From: Candidatus Marinacidobacterales bacterium | GTDB lineage: Bacteria > Acidobacteriota > Vicinamibacteria > Marinacidobacterales > DATDRI01 | Assembly (NCBI GenBank): GCA_965219415.1 | Contig: CBDCNP010000002.1 | Location: forward strand, 1,728,001-1,792,000 | Reading direction: 5' to 3' | Length of the DNA: 64,000 nt | Shown here: positions 30,779-41,442 of the stretch, one piece after another | Layout: each line of letters starts with the position of its first letter | Numbering within the stretch: the first letter of the stretch is position 1 | Program-made: the position numbers and the translations under genes | The notes under the pieces: model-generated | Database searches by the model: none | Told to the model about the DNA's origin: nothing | Seen by the model: the letters and a program-made list of their open reading frames with translations, nothing else

Positions 30779-32569
30779 ATGAGTTCTAAGAAATACGACT
30801 TCGCACTCGCCATCGGAGGAGCCGCTGGCCAGGGGATCGCAACACCGGGAAACATCCTCGCTCGCATATTCGTCCGCCGTGGGCTCCATTTGAACGCCTA
30901 CAACGCATACCAATCCATCATTCGGGGCGGGCACATCTTTCTTACCATCAGGGTAAGTGACCAAGAGGTCTACACGCATGGAGACAAGCTCGACCTGCTC
31001 GTGTGCCTCAATCAAGACACCATCGATCGACACCTTGGGCTCATGGGAGTGGGAACCAGCGTCATCTTCAATAGTGACACCGTCAAGCCGGGCAAAGCCG
31101 CGGAAGGGGTGCAGCTGTGCGCGATGCCGGTGGGCGAGCTCAGCAACAACAGTCGCAACAAGCTCGTACAGAACACCGTCGCCCTAGGCGTAACCGTGTT
31201 CTTGCTCGGATTGGACTTCAAGACTCTCGAGGACGCCCTGACGTTGCAGTTCCAGCGAAAGGGCCAGGAAGTGGTAGACGAAAACGTCGGGGTGACGCGC
31301 GCTGGGTTTGAGTACGCGAAGGCGAACTTCAAGCCTTACCCGGAACCTATCTCACAGGGAGCCAAGCCGCTCGCCGTCTGGACCGGCAACGATGCCTTGG
31401 CGATGGGTGGTGCCGCAGCAGGCGTCAAGTTCTACTGCGCCTATCCGATGAGCCCGGCTACCGGCGTCCTCCATTGGATGGCCAAGAACGCTCGCGAGCT
31501 CGGAATCATGGTCCGCCAGGTCGAAGACGAGATCGGCGTCGCCAATATGGCCATCGGGGCGGCTCACACCGGGGCTCGGGCCATGTGCGCCACTTCTGGT
31601 GGAGGCTTCGCGTTGATGACCGAGGCCATCGGAATGGCGGGAATAATGGAGATTCCGGTCGTTTTCATTAATGTGCAGCGGGCCGGCCCGTCCACCGGGG
31701 TTCCCACTAAGACCGAGCAAGGCGACTTGTGGCAAATGCTCGGTGCCAGCCAGGGCGAGTTCCAACGTTTCATCGCTGCACCCGAGAACGCTCTGGACGC
31801 CTTCAACACGATTCCCGAGCTCTTTGACCTAGTCGACAAGTTTCAGTGTCCGGGTATCGTCATCTCCGATTTACTGATCTCGGAAGGTACTTTTAGCACC
31901 AATCCCGACGCGATCGACCTGCATCCAAAGATCGAACGCGGGGAGCTGATCACCGAGCCTGCCAGCCCAGGAAGTGAAGACGGGTACATGCGCTACAAGA
32001 ACACCGAGAGCGGGATCTCCCCTCGAGCGATTCCAGGACTCGAAGGCTATATTCATGTGGTGGCTTCCGACGAGCACGACGAGGACGGAATTCTGATCAG
32101 CGACGAGTTCACCAATCCTCACAAGCGTCGAAAGATGGTTGAGAAGCGAGCGCGTAAGTTCGAGAACGTGGTGAACGAAATCGCGGCTCCCGAGCTCGAG
32201 GGTCCTCCCGACGCCGACGTGACCCTCATCGGTTGGGGTTCGACGGCTGGCGTGATCAAAGAAGCCGTCGCACAACTCAAGGAAAAGGGAGTCGCCGCCA
32301 ACCAGCTCGCCGTCAAGTGGATCGTCCCTTTGCACACTCAAGCGATCACCGACATCGTCAGCCGTGCAAAAAAAACGATCATCATCGAGAACAACCACTC
32401 CGGACAGTTCTTCCGCTATCTGAGGAGCGAGACCGGCCTCAACGTCGATGGGCATATTCGTAAATATGATGGCGAACCGTTCATGCCTCATCACATCGTC
32501 GAGGGTGTGCTCGAGCAAATGGCCGGAAAGACCAACCACTATGTTCCCGTTCAGGAAATCATGGTTTAA
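30779..32569 (+). CDS. 2-oxoacid:acceptor (ferredoxin) oxidoreductase subunit alpha
   Basis: GGAAGQGI, IRGGH, YPMSPAT, EDEIG, ATSGGG, QRAGPSTGVPT. Confidence 0.93.
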   Translation: MSSKKYDFALAIGGAAGQGIATPGNILARIFVRRGLHLNAYNAYQSIIRGGHIFLTIRVSDQEVYTHGDKLDLLVCLNQDTIDRHLGLMGVGTSVIFNSDTVKPGKAAEGVQLCAMPVGELSNNSRNKLVQNTVALGVTVFLLGLDFKTLEDALTLQFQRKGQEVVDENVGVTRAGFEYAKANFKPYPEPISQGAKPLAVWTGNDALAMGGAAAGVKFYCAYPMSPATGVLHWMAKNARELGIMVRQVEDEIGVANMAIGAAHTGARAMCATSGGGFALMTEAIGMAGIMEIPVVFINVQRAGPSTGVPTKTEQGDLWQMLGASQGEFQRFIAAPENALDAFNTIPELFDLVDKFQCPGIVISDLLISEGTFSTNPDAIDLHPKIERGELITEPASPGSEDGYMRYKNTESGISPRAIPGLEGYIHVVASDEHDEDGILISDEFTNPHKRRKMVEKRARKFENVVNEIAAPELEGPPDADVTLIGWGSTAGVIKEAVAQLKEKGVAANQLAVKWIVPLHTQAITDIVSRAKKTIIIENNHSGQFFRYLRSETGLNVDGHIRKYDGEPFMPHHIVEGVLEQMAGKTNHYVPVQEIMV

Positions 32570-32580
32570 AGGGAGAAAAC

Positions 32581-33471
32581 ATGTCTACCGCACCGACTAC
32601 CGTTGAGCTGAAACCCAAGGATTTCAAAGGAAAAGTGGACCCGGACTGGTGTCCGGGCTGCGGGGACTTTGGCGTTCTCAACACCCTCCAGAAAGTATGC
32701 GCCTCGATGGGCCTTCAGCCTCACGAGATCGTGACCGTGAGCGGCATCGGCTGCTCTTCGAACTTCCCGGGTTACTTCAACGCCTACGGAATGCATACCC
32801 TCCACGGTCGTGCCTTGGCCGTGGCAACCGGGGTCAAGATGGCGAATCACGACTTGACCGTAATCGCCACCGGAGGGGACGGCGACGGCTACGGCATCGG
32901 CGGCAATCATTTCGTCCACACCGCGCGCCGCAACGTCGACATGACCTATCTGGTCATGAACAATCAGATCTATGGACTTACGACCGGACAGGTCTCCCCG
33001 AGCAGTGAGATTGGAATGAAGACCAAGAGCACGCCGTTCGGCAACGTCGAGAGGCCGGTCAACCCAATCACTTCAGCCATCATGAACGGCGCTACGTTCG
33101 TGGCTCGTGGTTATAGTGGGGATGCTAAGCACTTGATGGACCTCATGACGAAGGCCATCCAACACAAGGGCTTCGCCCTGGTCGACATTTTCAGCCCCTG
33201 CGTAACCTTCAATCACGACAACACCTACGCTTTTTTTCGGCCACGCGTGAAAAAATTAGAAGACGAGGGCCACGACCCCGCCGACTGGAAAACGGCTTGC
33301 GAGAAGGCCATGGAGTGGGGAGACACCATCTATACTGGGCTGTTTCACGAGGTGAGCCGCCCCTCCCTGGATGAACTGGAGCCGGTTCTCGATGAAGGCG
33401 GCCCCATGGCGCATCGCTCGCTCGGCCTCAGCAAGGAAGAATCGCAGAGAATCATCAAGAGAATGATGTAG
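32581..33471 (+). CDS. 2-oxoacid:ferredoxin oxidoreductase subunit beta
   Basis: WCPGCGD, SGIGCSS, TPP motif GDGD...NNQIYGLT. Confidence 0.93.
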   Translation: MSTAPTTVELKPKDFKGKVDPDWCPGCGDFGVLNTLQKVCASMGLQPHEIVTVSGIGCSSNFPGYFNAYGMHTLHGRALAVATGVKMANHDLTVIATGGDGDGYGIGGNHFVHTARRNVDMTYLVMNNQIYGLTTGQVSPSSEIGMKTKSTPFGNVERPVNPITSAIMNGATFVARGYSGDAKHLMDLMTKAIQHKGFALVDIFSPCVTFNHDNTYAFFRPRVKKLEDEGHDPADWKTACEKAMEWGDTIYTGLFHEVSRPSLDELEPVLDEGGPMAHRSLGLSKEESQRIIKRMM

Positions 33472-33520
33472 CCTCGCGATTGACGAGCCCCTATCGTTCA
33501 CCGCCGGAGCGCGAACCCTA

Positions 33521-34405
33521 ATGCGTCGTTTCGGCACCGTGGACATCGTCCTTCTGTTGATGGTGCTGATCTGGGCCGCGAACTTCAGCGTCGTCAAGGC
33601 CGTTCTCTCGCATATCCCACCTCTCGCTTTCAATACCGTTCGTCTCGTTGGCTCCTCAACACTCCTGCTGGCGTTCACCCTGGTCGACAAGCCCCGGACG
33701 CTGTCCCGGGCCGATCTCCCCAGATTGCTGGTCCTAGCTCTATTGGGTCACACTCTCTATCAGTTCACCTTCGTCTTCGGTATAGACCGGACGAGCGCCA
33801 GCAATTCCGCGCTACTGATCTCGATGACACCCGTTGTGGTGGCCCTGCTCGGACACCTAACCGGGCAAGAAAGGTCGTCTTCGCTGACTTGGGTCGGTGT
33901 CACCGCTTCGATCCTAGGAGTCTATCTCGTCATAGACCCGTCCTCTACAAACGGGGGCGACACTATTGGCGATCTTCTGATACTTGCCGCTGCGATTTGT
34001 TGGGCCTTATACACAGTGGGAAGCAAGAGTCTGCTGGGCCGGCTCGGCCCGCTCCGGCTTTCGGCCTATACGATGGCCCTCGGGTCTTTGTTCTACATCC
34101 CTTTCGGAATTCCGTCGCTCCTTCGCCTCCAGTTCGAACGCGTTCCGTGGACGGCTTGGTTAGGTACGGCGTTCTCCTTCGTGTTCGCCCTCTCCGCCGC
34201 TTACTTCTTCTGGTACTATGCCGTCTCCCGTGTAGGAGCCACACGCACCGCGGCCTATTCGAACCTTACTCCGGTCGCGGGGCTCGCGATCGCGTGGCTC
34301 ACCCTCGGCGAGAATGTATCGGTAAGACAGATCTTGGGAGCCGCCGTCATCTTGCTAGGCGTCTACCTCGTACGCCAGAGCCGCATCGCCGAGACCGAAG
34401 TTTGA
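33521..34405 (+). CDS. DMT/EamA family transporter
   Basis: About 10 TM helices in two EamA repeats; LTPV...LGE. Confidence 0.88.
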   Translation: MRRFGTVDIVLLLMVLIWAANFSVVKAVLSHIPPLAFNTVRLVGSSTLLLAFTLVDKPRTLSRADLPRLLVLALLGHTLYQFTFVFGIDRTSASNSALLISMTPVVVALLGHLTGQERSSSLTWVGVTASILGVYLVIDPSSTNGGDTIGDLLILAAAICWALYTVGSKSLLGRLGPLRLSAYTMALGSLFYIPFGIPSLLRLQFERVPWTAWLGTAFSFVFALSAAYFFWYYAVSRVGATRTAAYSNLTPVAGLAIAWLTLGENVSVRQILGAAVILLGVYLVRQSRIAETEV

Positions 34406-34464
34406 CCGGACCGCACCAAACCAATAGCACAGCGACACCCGCCAACGGAAAAAGGAAACGTCCC

Positions 34465-36439
34465 ATGCACCAACTTCTGGTGTGGTCGAAACGAAAAGGG
34501 TGGCTCTCCCCGGGTGAGTACCCGGTCGTCCACCGCGAATTCAGTGTCGGTGAATTCTCCCCGCCCGACGCGGTCCCGGAGTCGGGCGCCCTTCTTGTGG
34601 TGGATTCGGCGGTTCTGGAGGAGCACTCTACCGAGCTCCGCTACCTCACCAAGGAATCGTCGCCCTTCGCTCTCCCCATCGTCGCCGTCGGCGGCGACGG
34701 AGACGGCGTGCCGATCGACCTCGACGAGCTCTTCTTCGACGTCCTGCCCGACAAACCTCGGGAAAGAGAGCTGCTCCGAACACTGCGAAGCGCAAGTCAT
34801 TTATTGGAATCGCAACAGAATCTCTTGGAGTCACGGAAAGCTGCGGAACAAAGAGCGAGAGAGCTAAAAGAGCTCAACGCTATCGGCATCGCCCTTTCCG
34901 CCGAGCGCGACCATGAGCGCCTCTTAAACCTCATCTTGACCAAGAGCCGCGAGATCACGAAGGCGGATGCGGGAAGTTTGTTCCTCGTCGAGAGCATCGA
35001 TCGACCCATTGGCCCGGAGAACCGGATGGGTGACAGGCAAAGGGTGGAAGGAAAGTGGCTGCAGTTTCGTCTGGCGCAGAACGATTCGGGAGTTCCAATT
35101 CGAAGAAGACATTTTGAGAATCACTCCCGAGAGCATCGCGGGCTATGTGGCGGAGACCGGTGTTACCTTGAACCTCGAGGATGCCTACAACATCCCCCCG
35201 GATAAGCCCTTCACCATCAACCGAAGTTTCGACGAGAGCACCGGCTACCGTACCCGCTCGATGTTGGTGGTGCCGATGCTGAATCACGGCGGCGGGACCA
35301 TCGGTGTCTTGCAGCTCATCAACAAGAAGAGAGTTTCTTCGACCCGTTTGACCGAGACGGACAGCTTCGAGAAGGAAGTCGTACCCTTCACGGCTCTCGA
35401 CGAGCAGCTCGTTCGCTCCCTAGCGAGTCAGGCGGCGGTCTCGGTCGATAACAACCGCCTCTACCAACGAATCGACCGGCTTTTCTTTGACTTCGTATGG
35501 GCCTCGGTACGTGCCATCGAGAGTCGAGACCCCACTACGAAGGGTCATTCCACGCGTGTTGCGAAAATGACGACCGAGCTAGCGGACGTCGTCAACCGAA
35601 CCGACCGCGGCGTTTATCGCGATCTGTTCTTGGACTCGAAGCAAATCAAAGAGCTCAAGTACGCGGCCCTCCTTCACGATTTCGGTAAGGTAGGGGTCAA
35701 CGAAAAGGTTCTCGTCAAAGCCACCAAGCTTTATTACGGCCAGGTCGATCTCATTAAGGAGCGCTTTCAAACCATCAAACGAACGCTCGAAGCACAACTC
35801 TTGAGGAAGGTCCTGAAACGCCTCGTCGAAGGGAAAGGCGAGCTCTCTGCCAAAGAGCTCGCGTCGACGGAGGCGGAGCTTCGGCGAAGGGTGAACGAGG
35901 TCGATGAGGCCTTGGCGGAAATCCTTGCCAGCAACAAGCCGACCGTGACTCACGTCGAGCGATTCGAGAAGATCAAACAGATAGCGCACTTTCAGTTTGA
36001 CGACCTCGACGGAACGCCCCGTGCATACCTCGAGCCTCATGAGCTCGAGGCTCTCACCATCCCTAGGGGGACCCTCACCGGCGAAGAGCGCAAGGCGATT
36101 CAAGAACATGTCGCGCACACGTTCAACTTCCTTATTGAGATCGACTGGACTCGCGAACTCGAGAACGTTCCAAAGATCGCGGGGAGGCACCACGAGAAAC
36201 TGGACGGGAGCGGCTATGGCTTCAACCTGAAGGGAGACGAAATCCCTCCTCAGACTCGTATGATGACGATTGCGGACATTTTCGACGCCTTGGCAGCGCG
36301 CGATCGGCCTTACAAAAAGGCCGTCCCCACCGACAAAGCGCTCGATATCCTGAAGGGCGACGCCGAGAGAGGACAAGTGGACGCCGATCTGTTGGAGCTC
36401 TTCATCGAGGCGAAGGTCTACGAGCTCGCCCACCAATAG
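34465..36439 (+). pseudogene. GAF + HD-GYP phosphodiesterase, frameshift ~35088
   Basis: ADAGSLFL and TGYRTRSML GAF parts lie in two frames; RDPTTKGHS, LLHDFGK, HHEKLDGSGYG, ADIFDAL..RPYK. Confidence 0.8.
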
Positions 36440-36555
36440 GCGCTCCTGCCGCCTCCTCCGGATTCGGCAACACCCCGCTTTGGGCGCTAGTGACTAGGCC
36501 GGCTTCTGGCCACTCCACCAGGTGCCGCCCACTTGGGAAGGACCCCCATTTGGAC

Positions 36556-36643
36556 TGGCCTCTATGTAGGCCAATCATCCATTGGCTGGGGCTTGACAAG
36601 ACAAAATTAGCGCGCTAAGAGTTATTGGTATGGGCCAATCATC
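36556..36643 (+). promoter_or_regulatory. Putative pdxR promoter with MocR-type operator repeats
   Basis: IR TGGCCT-N6-AGGCCA (36556-36573); direct repeat GGCCAATCATC at 36569 and 36633; TTGACA at 36593; palindrome TTAGCGCGCTAA at 36607-36618. Confidence 0.55.
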
Positions 36644-38141
36644 GTCGGCGCTGCCAATCGCCCTGGATCGGAAATCCGACTTACCGCTCTATCAACAAGT
36701 ACACCGGCAGATCGCCCAACTCATCCTCAGCGGCAAGCTGGCCCCCAGCACTCGCCTCCCGGCCAGTCGCGACCTCGCTTTACGCCTGAGCGTCAATCGG
36801 GCCACGATCGCCAACGCCTACGACGGCTTGGCGTCGGAAGGCTTGGTGCGCTCTCATGTCGGCCAAGGAACTTTCGTCCTGGACAGCGCAGAGCCACAAC
36901 GCGCAAAAACATTGACTTGGCCCATTTCGCGGGCGATGGAGGCGGCTGGCCGGCACCTGTTTTCAGAAGCTCCTCCCAGCGAGCATCCGGATCCCATCGA
37001 CTTCGCCTCGCTCATCCCTGACGAGGAGCTCTTCCCCATCGAACCCTTTCGCAAGACCGTCAACGCTGTCTTACGCAGGCAGGGGAAGCTCCTCTTGCAA
37101 TACGGGGCGGTGCCGGGCTACCCACCGCTACGTCGATACATCGCGGAGCGGCTTGCGGAGCGAAAAGTCCAAGCGACGCCCGAGCACGTTTTGATTGTCA
37201 ACGGTTCCCAGCAAGGTCTTGACCTCGTCTTCCGAGCGCTGGTGAATCCAGGCGACACGGTCGCGGTCGAGAGTCCGACCTACAGCGCAGTCCTTCCGGT
37301 GCTCGCGCAGTATCAGGCGCGCGTTATCGGCATTCCTATGACCGAACGAGGTATGGATCGGCAAGGCCTCGAGGCGGCCTTGGCGAGCCGACCGGTACGA
37401 CTGATCTACACCATGCCCACCTTCCACAACCCCACCGGCATCACCATGGACCTTCACTCGAGACGAACGCTTCTCAATCTGGCCGGCCGCTACGGGGTGC
37501 CAATCGTGGAGGACGATTTCGACTCCGAGCTTCGCTTTGGTGGGGAGGCCTTGCCACCGATCAAAGCTCTCGACGTAGGCGGAACCGTGCTCTACTTGGG
37601 CACTTTTTCCAAAGGACTCTTTCCCGGCCTTCGACTCGGATGGATCGTAGCCCCCCCGGAGCTGGTTGGAATACTTGGGCGCGCCAAGATGTTCACCGAC
37701 TATCACACCAGCCAGCTCCTTCAAGCGGCGGTTCTAGAGTTTTGCGAGCGAGGCCATTACAAAGATCACCTCAGCAACCTGGCTCGGGTAAACAGGAAGA
37801 AAAGCCAGCTCCTGGTCAAAGCCATGGCGGACTACCTTCCGGAAGGCGTCTCGTGGACCGAGCCGGAAGGAGGCTATGCCTTCTGGGTCACCCTTCCCCG
37901 CCACCTCTCGAGCGAAATCCTGCTCGCCGGAGGAGCGCTTGCCGGCGTGCTCTTCTCTCCGGGCAGTCAGTTCTTCACCGGTGGAGAGGGCCAACAATTC
38001 TTGCGGCTTTCCATTTCACGAGTCCCGACCGATCGCATCGAAGAAGGCGTTCAACGGCTGGGAAAACTCATCGAGCGGTACATCACGAGAGGGCCGCAGC
38101 AATCCCCACAGTCCGCCGGTGAACCGGTGTTTCATATCTAG
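36630..38141 (+). CDS. MocR/GntR PLP-dependent transcriptional regulator (PdxR-like)
   Basis: w[15 protein letters not shown], aminotransferase fold NPTG, EDD, GTFSK..PGLRLG; directly upstream of pdxST. Confidence 0.88.
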   Translation: MGQSSSALPIALDRKSDLPLYQQVHRQIAQLILSGKLAPSTRLPASRDLALRLSVNRATIANAYDGLASEGLVRSHVGQGTFVLDSAEPQRAKTLTWPISRAMEAAGRHLFSEAPPSEHPDPIDFASLIPDEELFPIEPFRKTVNAVLRRQGKLLLQYGAVPGYPPLRRYIAERLAERKVQATPEHVLIVNGSQQGLDLVFRALVNPGDTVAVESPTYSAVLPVLAQYQARVIGIPMTERGMDRQGLEAALASRPVRLIYTMPTFHNPTGITMDLHSRRTLLNLAGRYGVPIVEDDFDSELRFGGEALPPIKALDVGGTVLYLGTFSKGLFPGLRLGWIVAPPELVGILGRAKMFTDYHTSQLLQAAVLEFCERGHYKDHLSNLARVNRKKSQLLVKAMADYLPEGVSWTEPEGGYAFWVTLPRHLSSEILLAGGALAGVLFSPGSQFFTGGEGQQFLRLSISRVPTDRIEEGVQRLGKLIERYITRGPQQSPQSAGEPVFHI

Positions 38142-38161
38142 AATTAGCGGAGGTAAGAATC

Positions 38162-39040
38162 ATGACAACCGAACTCAGACTAAAGACCGGTCTCGCAGAC
38201 ATGTTGAAAGGCGGCGCCATTATGGATGTCACTGACGCCGAACAGGCGAAGATCGCAGAAGATGCCGGAGCGGTCTCGGTGATGGCGCTGGAGAGAGTCC
38301 CGGCCGACATCCGAAAAGAGGGCGGGATCGCCCGCATGGCATCCCCTCGCAAGATCGGCGAGATCATGAAAGCGGTGAGCATTCCGGTTATGGCCAAGGT
38401 GCGCATCGGCCACTTCGTGGAGGCTCAAATCCTTCAGGAGCTCGGCGTCGACTTCATCGATGAAAGTGAGGTGCTTACGCCGGCCGATGAGGAAAACCAC
38501 ATCGACAAACACCCGTTCCAGGTTCCGTTCGTTTGTGGTTGCAGGGATCTCGGTGAGGCCTTGCGCCGGCTCGGAGAGGGGGCCGCCCTAATTCGCACGA
38601 AGGGCGAAGCGGGCTCCGGCAATATCGTCGAAGCGGTTCGCCATCTCCGACAAATGAACCGCGAGATGCGGCGACTCACGGTGATGGGTGATGAGGAGCT
38701 CATGGCGGAAGCCAAGAGGCTCGGCGCGCCCTACGAGCTCGTGAGATTAGTTGCGGAGAACGGCAAGTTGCCGGTGCCCAACTTCGCGGCCGGCGGGGTT
38801 GCCACACCAGCCGACGCCGCGCTCTGCATGCAGCTTGGGGCGGAGACGGTGTTCGTGGGCTCAGGTGTCTTCAAATCGGAAGACCCGGCGAAGCGGGCCG
38901 ACGCCATCGTCAAGGCGGTCACGCACTACAACGAGCCCAAGGTCCTTGCCGAAATCTCACAGAATCTGGGTGAGCCTATGAAGGGTATCGACGTCGCGCG
39001 TTTGGACCCCAAGGATCTGCTGCAGACTCGCGGTTGGTGA
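38162..39040 (+). CDS. pdxS: Pyridoxal 5'-phosphate synthase lyase subunit
   Basis: [42 protein letters not shown], ends RGW. Confidence 0.97.
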   Translation: MTTELRLKTGLADMLKGGAIMDVTDAEQAKIAEDAGAVSVMALERVPADIRKEGGIARMASPRKIGEIMKAVSIPVMAKVRIGHFVEAQILQELGVDFIDESEVLTPADEENHIDKHPFQVPFVCGCRDLGEALRRLGEGAALIRTKGEAGSGNIVEAVRHLRQMNREMRRLTVMGDEELMAEAKRLGAPYELVRLVAENGKLPVPNFAAGGVATPADAALCMQLGAETVFVGSGVFKSEDPAKRADAIVKAVTHYNEPKVLAEISQNLGEPMKGIDVARLDPKDLLQTRGW

Positions 39041-39044
39041 TGAC

Positions 39045-39095
39045 GCGAGCCTGGCCGCGCCGAAGCCAACTGGCCGGTGAAGCTGGCGAGGCGGG
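39045..39095. repeat. Degenerate family-A palindromic unit between pdxS and pdxT
   Basis: CGCCGAAGCCA...TGGCGAGGCGGG. Confidence 0.45.
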
Positions 39096-39101
39096 TGAAC
39101 C

Positions 39102-39767
39102 ATGAGTGAACCCACTATCGGTATTCTTGCGCTCCAAGGAGACTACGCCGAGCACCGGGAAGTCCTGGAGCGCCTTGGCCTACAGAATCGACTCGTTCGG
39201 CACGCCCGTGAGCTAGATTCGCTCGGGGGCCTCATTTTGCCCGGCGGTGAAAGCACCACCATGCTCAAGCTCCTAATAGAGGAGGCTCTGATGAACCCCC
39301 TCTTGGCATTTCATGAAAAAGGGGGGGCGCTCTATGGAACCTGTGCCGGAGCCATCCTGTTGGCGAAGAAGGCACCCCCCCCCAGCCAGGAAACTCTGTC
39401 CCTGCTAGACATCTCGATCGAACGAAACGGGTACGGGCGGCAGGCCCAAAGCCACATCACCCGTGAGCCCTGCCCACCGCTGGGAGCCTCTCCTCTCGAG
39501 ATGGTTTTCATTCGAGCCCCCATCATTCGAACCGTGGGCAAAGGCGTCGAAGTCCTAGCCAATCATCGGGGTGACCCGGTCTTCGTACGCCAGGGTCGCG
39601 TCATAGCCACAACCTTTCACCCCGAGCTCTCTGGAGACGACCGCGTGCATTCGTTTTTTGCAAACCACGTTCTCGAATCCAATGCTGTGCCCGGTCATCT
39701 CATGAGTGCGGCGGGGCCCCACCCCCACCGCCGTCCCTTCGCCGGCAAGCGGCTCCGGGACAGCTGA
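39102..39767 (+). CDS. pdxT: Pyridoxal 5'-phosphate synthase glutaminase subunit
   Basis: LALQGD, PGGESTT, GTCAG, FIRAP, FHPEL; C-terminal tail and stop lie in a family-B repeat. Confidence 0.95.
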   Translation: MSEPTIGILALQGDYAEHREVLERLGLQNRLVRHARELDSLGGLILPGGESTTMLKLLIEEALMNPLLAFHEKGGALYGTCAGAILLAKKAPPPSQETLSLLDISIERNGYGRQAQSHITREPCPPLGASPLEMVFIRAPIIRTVGKGVEVLANHRGDPVFVRQGRVIATTFHPELSGDDRVHSFFANHVLESNAVPGHLMSAAGPHPHRRPFAGKRLRDS

Positions 39768-40041
39768 CGGCTCCTTCATCAGTGCGGCGGGGCCCCACCG
39801 CCGTCTGGCCACCTCGTTCGATGGCACAACGTAGTTTGACGGCCACCAAGATCTGAAAGCCCGCCTGGCTCGCTCCGGTTAAAGCAACCACGCAATTTGG
39901 CGGCCGGCAGGATCTGACAAACCGCCGTCCCTTCGCCGGCAAGTGGCTTCCCGCCTACGCCCAGCTTCGGCGAGGCCTCGCCGAAGTTCGCTCGGAGAAA
40001 CCTAGAGCGAACGAAGGCGAGCGGGACAGCTGACGGCTCCT
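39705..40041. repeat. Cluster of family-B repeats; the third copy is interrupted by a family-A unit (39950-40022)
   Basis: Copies at 39705-39775, 39781-39805 (partial) and 39921-40041. Confidence 0.8.
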
Positions 40042-40214
40042 TGTAAAAACACTAACCAGTTATTAAAGAATCTATTCAGTTTCCTGAAGTATCTCTTCGA
40101 GCAATCCAATTCCTAGAACCGGTTAGCCGAGTTCTCTCCATGGCATCAGACTTGCTCTTGTGTACATTGAATACCGATCTAGCTACTGGATTGTCCGCTC
40201 ATGGGAAGAAAGGA

Positions 40215-41217
40215 GAAAGTGTGCCAATCTTAGTTGGGAGGTGAGGTGAATGATCTTCTGCTGAAACGAGTTCTCTACGGAATCTCTTGTCGCAACTACG
40301 AGGCGGCAGCGGAAGCGATTCCGGGCGCCATCGGGCTGTCGAGCTCAACGGTGTCCCGAGGGTTCGTGCAAGCGAGCGCTGCGAAGCTGCGGGAGATGCA
40401 GGAACGGGATCTGACCGGCGAGGATGTGGTGGCGCTGTTTCTGGATGGGAAGACATTCGCCGAGGCAACGATGGTCGTGGCTCTGGGCATCACGCTTTGC
40501 GGGGAAAAACGCTTCTTGGGCTTCGTGGAGACGGACACGGAGAACGCGCAGGTGTTGACGCCGTTCCTGCGTTCACTGCTCGAGCGGGGACTCGATATCT
40601 CCCAGGGTCTGCTGGTGATCATCGACGGCGGCAAGGGTCTCCAAGCGGCAGTCAAGAAGGCATTCCGTAAGCGGGCCCTGATACAACGCTGCCAGTGGCA
40701 CAAACGTGAAAACGTAGTGAGCTACCTGTCCAAGGGCGAGCAGGCGTCATGGCGCAAGCGGCTCCAGTGGGCCTACAACAGGCCGGAGTACGAAGAGGCC
40801 CTCACTGCGCTCGAGCAACTCCACGGTGAGTTAGAAGAGCGGAACCAATCCGCAGCTGGCAGCCTGGAGGAAGGCCTCGAGGAGACGCTGACGTTGCATC
40901 GACTCGGCGTGCACGCGGTGCTGGGCCGTTCGTTCAAGACGACGAACTGCCTTGAGTCCGTCAATGCTCTCGTCGAGGAACGCTGCGCGAAGGTCGACCA
41001 CTGGAAGAACTCGAGCCAACGCCAGCGCTGGTTGGCAACGGCGCTCGTAGACATCGAACCGCGCTTGAGGAAGGTGGTGGGCTACCGCCATCTTCCCAAG
41101 CTTCGCGAAGCTCTCAAGCGGGAACTGAAGATCGAGGCGAAGACATCAACCGTATCGAAGAAGAAGGTCGCTTAAACGTGAGCCGTGGAGAGTTTCAACT
41201 AAGAATGGGCTTGACTC
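40215..41217 (+). mobile_element. IS256-family element with internal 5' deletion; 8-bp TSD
   Basis: TSD AGAAAGGA at 40207-40214 and 41218-41225; imperfect 22-bp IRs sharing TCTTAGTTG; transposase 40243-41175 (LFLDGK, IIDGGKGL, QRCQWHK, TTNCLES) lacks its N-terminus. Confidence 0.85.
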
Positions 41218-41442
41218 AGAAAGGATGCCAAATTCGGACGCCACGCTACCACACGGGAGTGAGCCGGTGTGGCGTCCCCATGATTCTGGGACTAAGCGTG
41301 TCCACGAATCTTTCAATGCGGATTCGAAGAAATGTCGTTCACGAGACCAGCGAACACCTTGCGTTCACCAGACCGCCCAATCCGTGATGTTAGCCGCGGC
41401 TACCCACCGGGGCATCGGTCGCGGTCAGAAAACGAGTTGGTT

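Noticed and set aside
33889-34464. N-terminal part of the 438-aa ORF
   Set aside because: It is a shadow frame over the DMT gene; the likely start is ATG 34465 after AAGGAAA
39705-40041. Clustered repeats as a CRISPR array
   Set aside because: Repeat and spacer lengths are irregular, copies are degenerate and nested, the same unit is dispersed elsewhere (11494), and there are no cas genes
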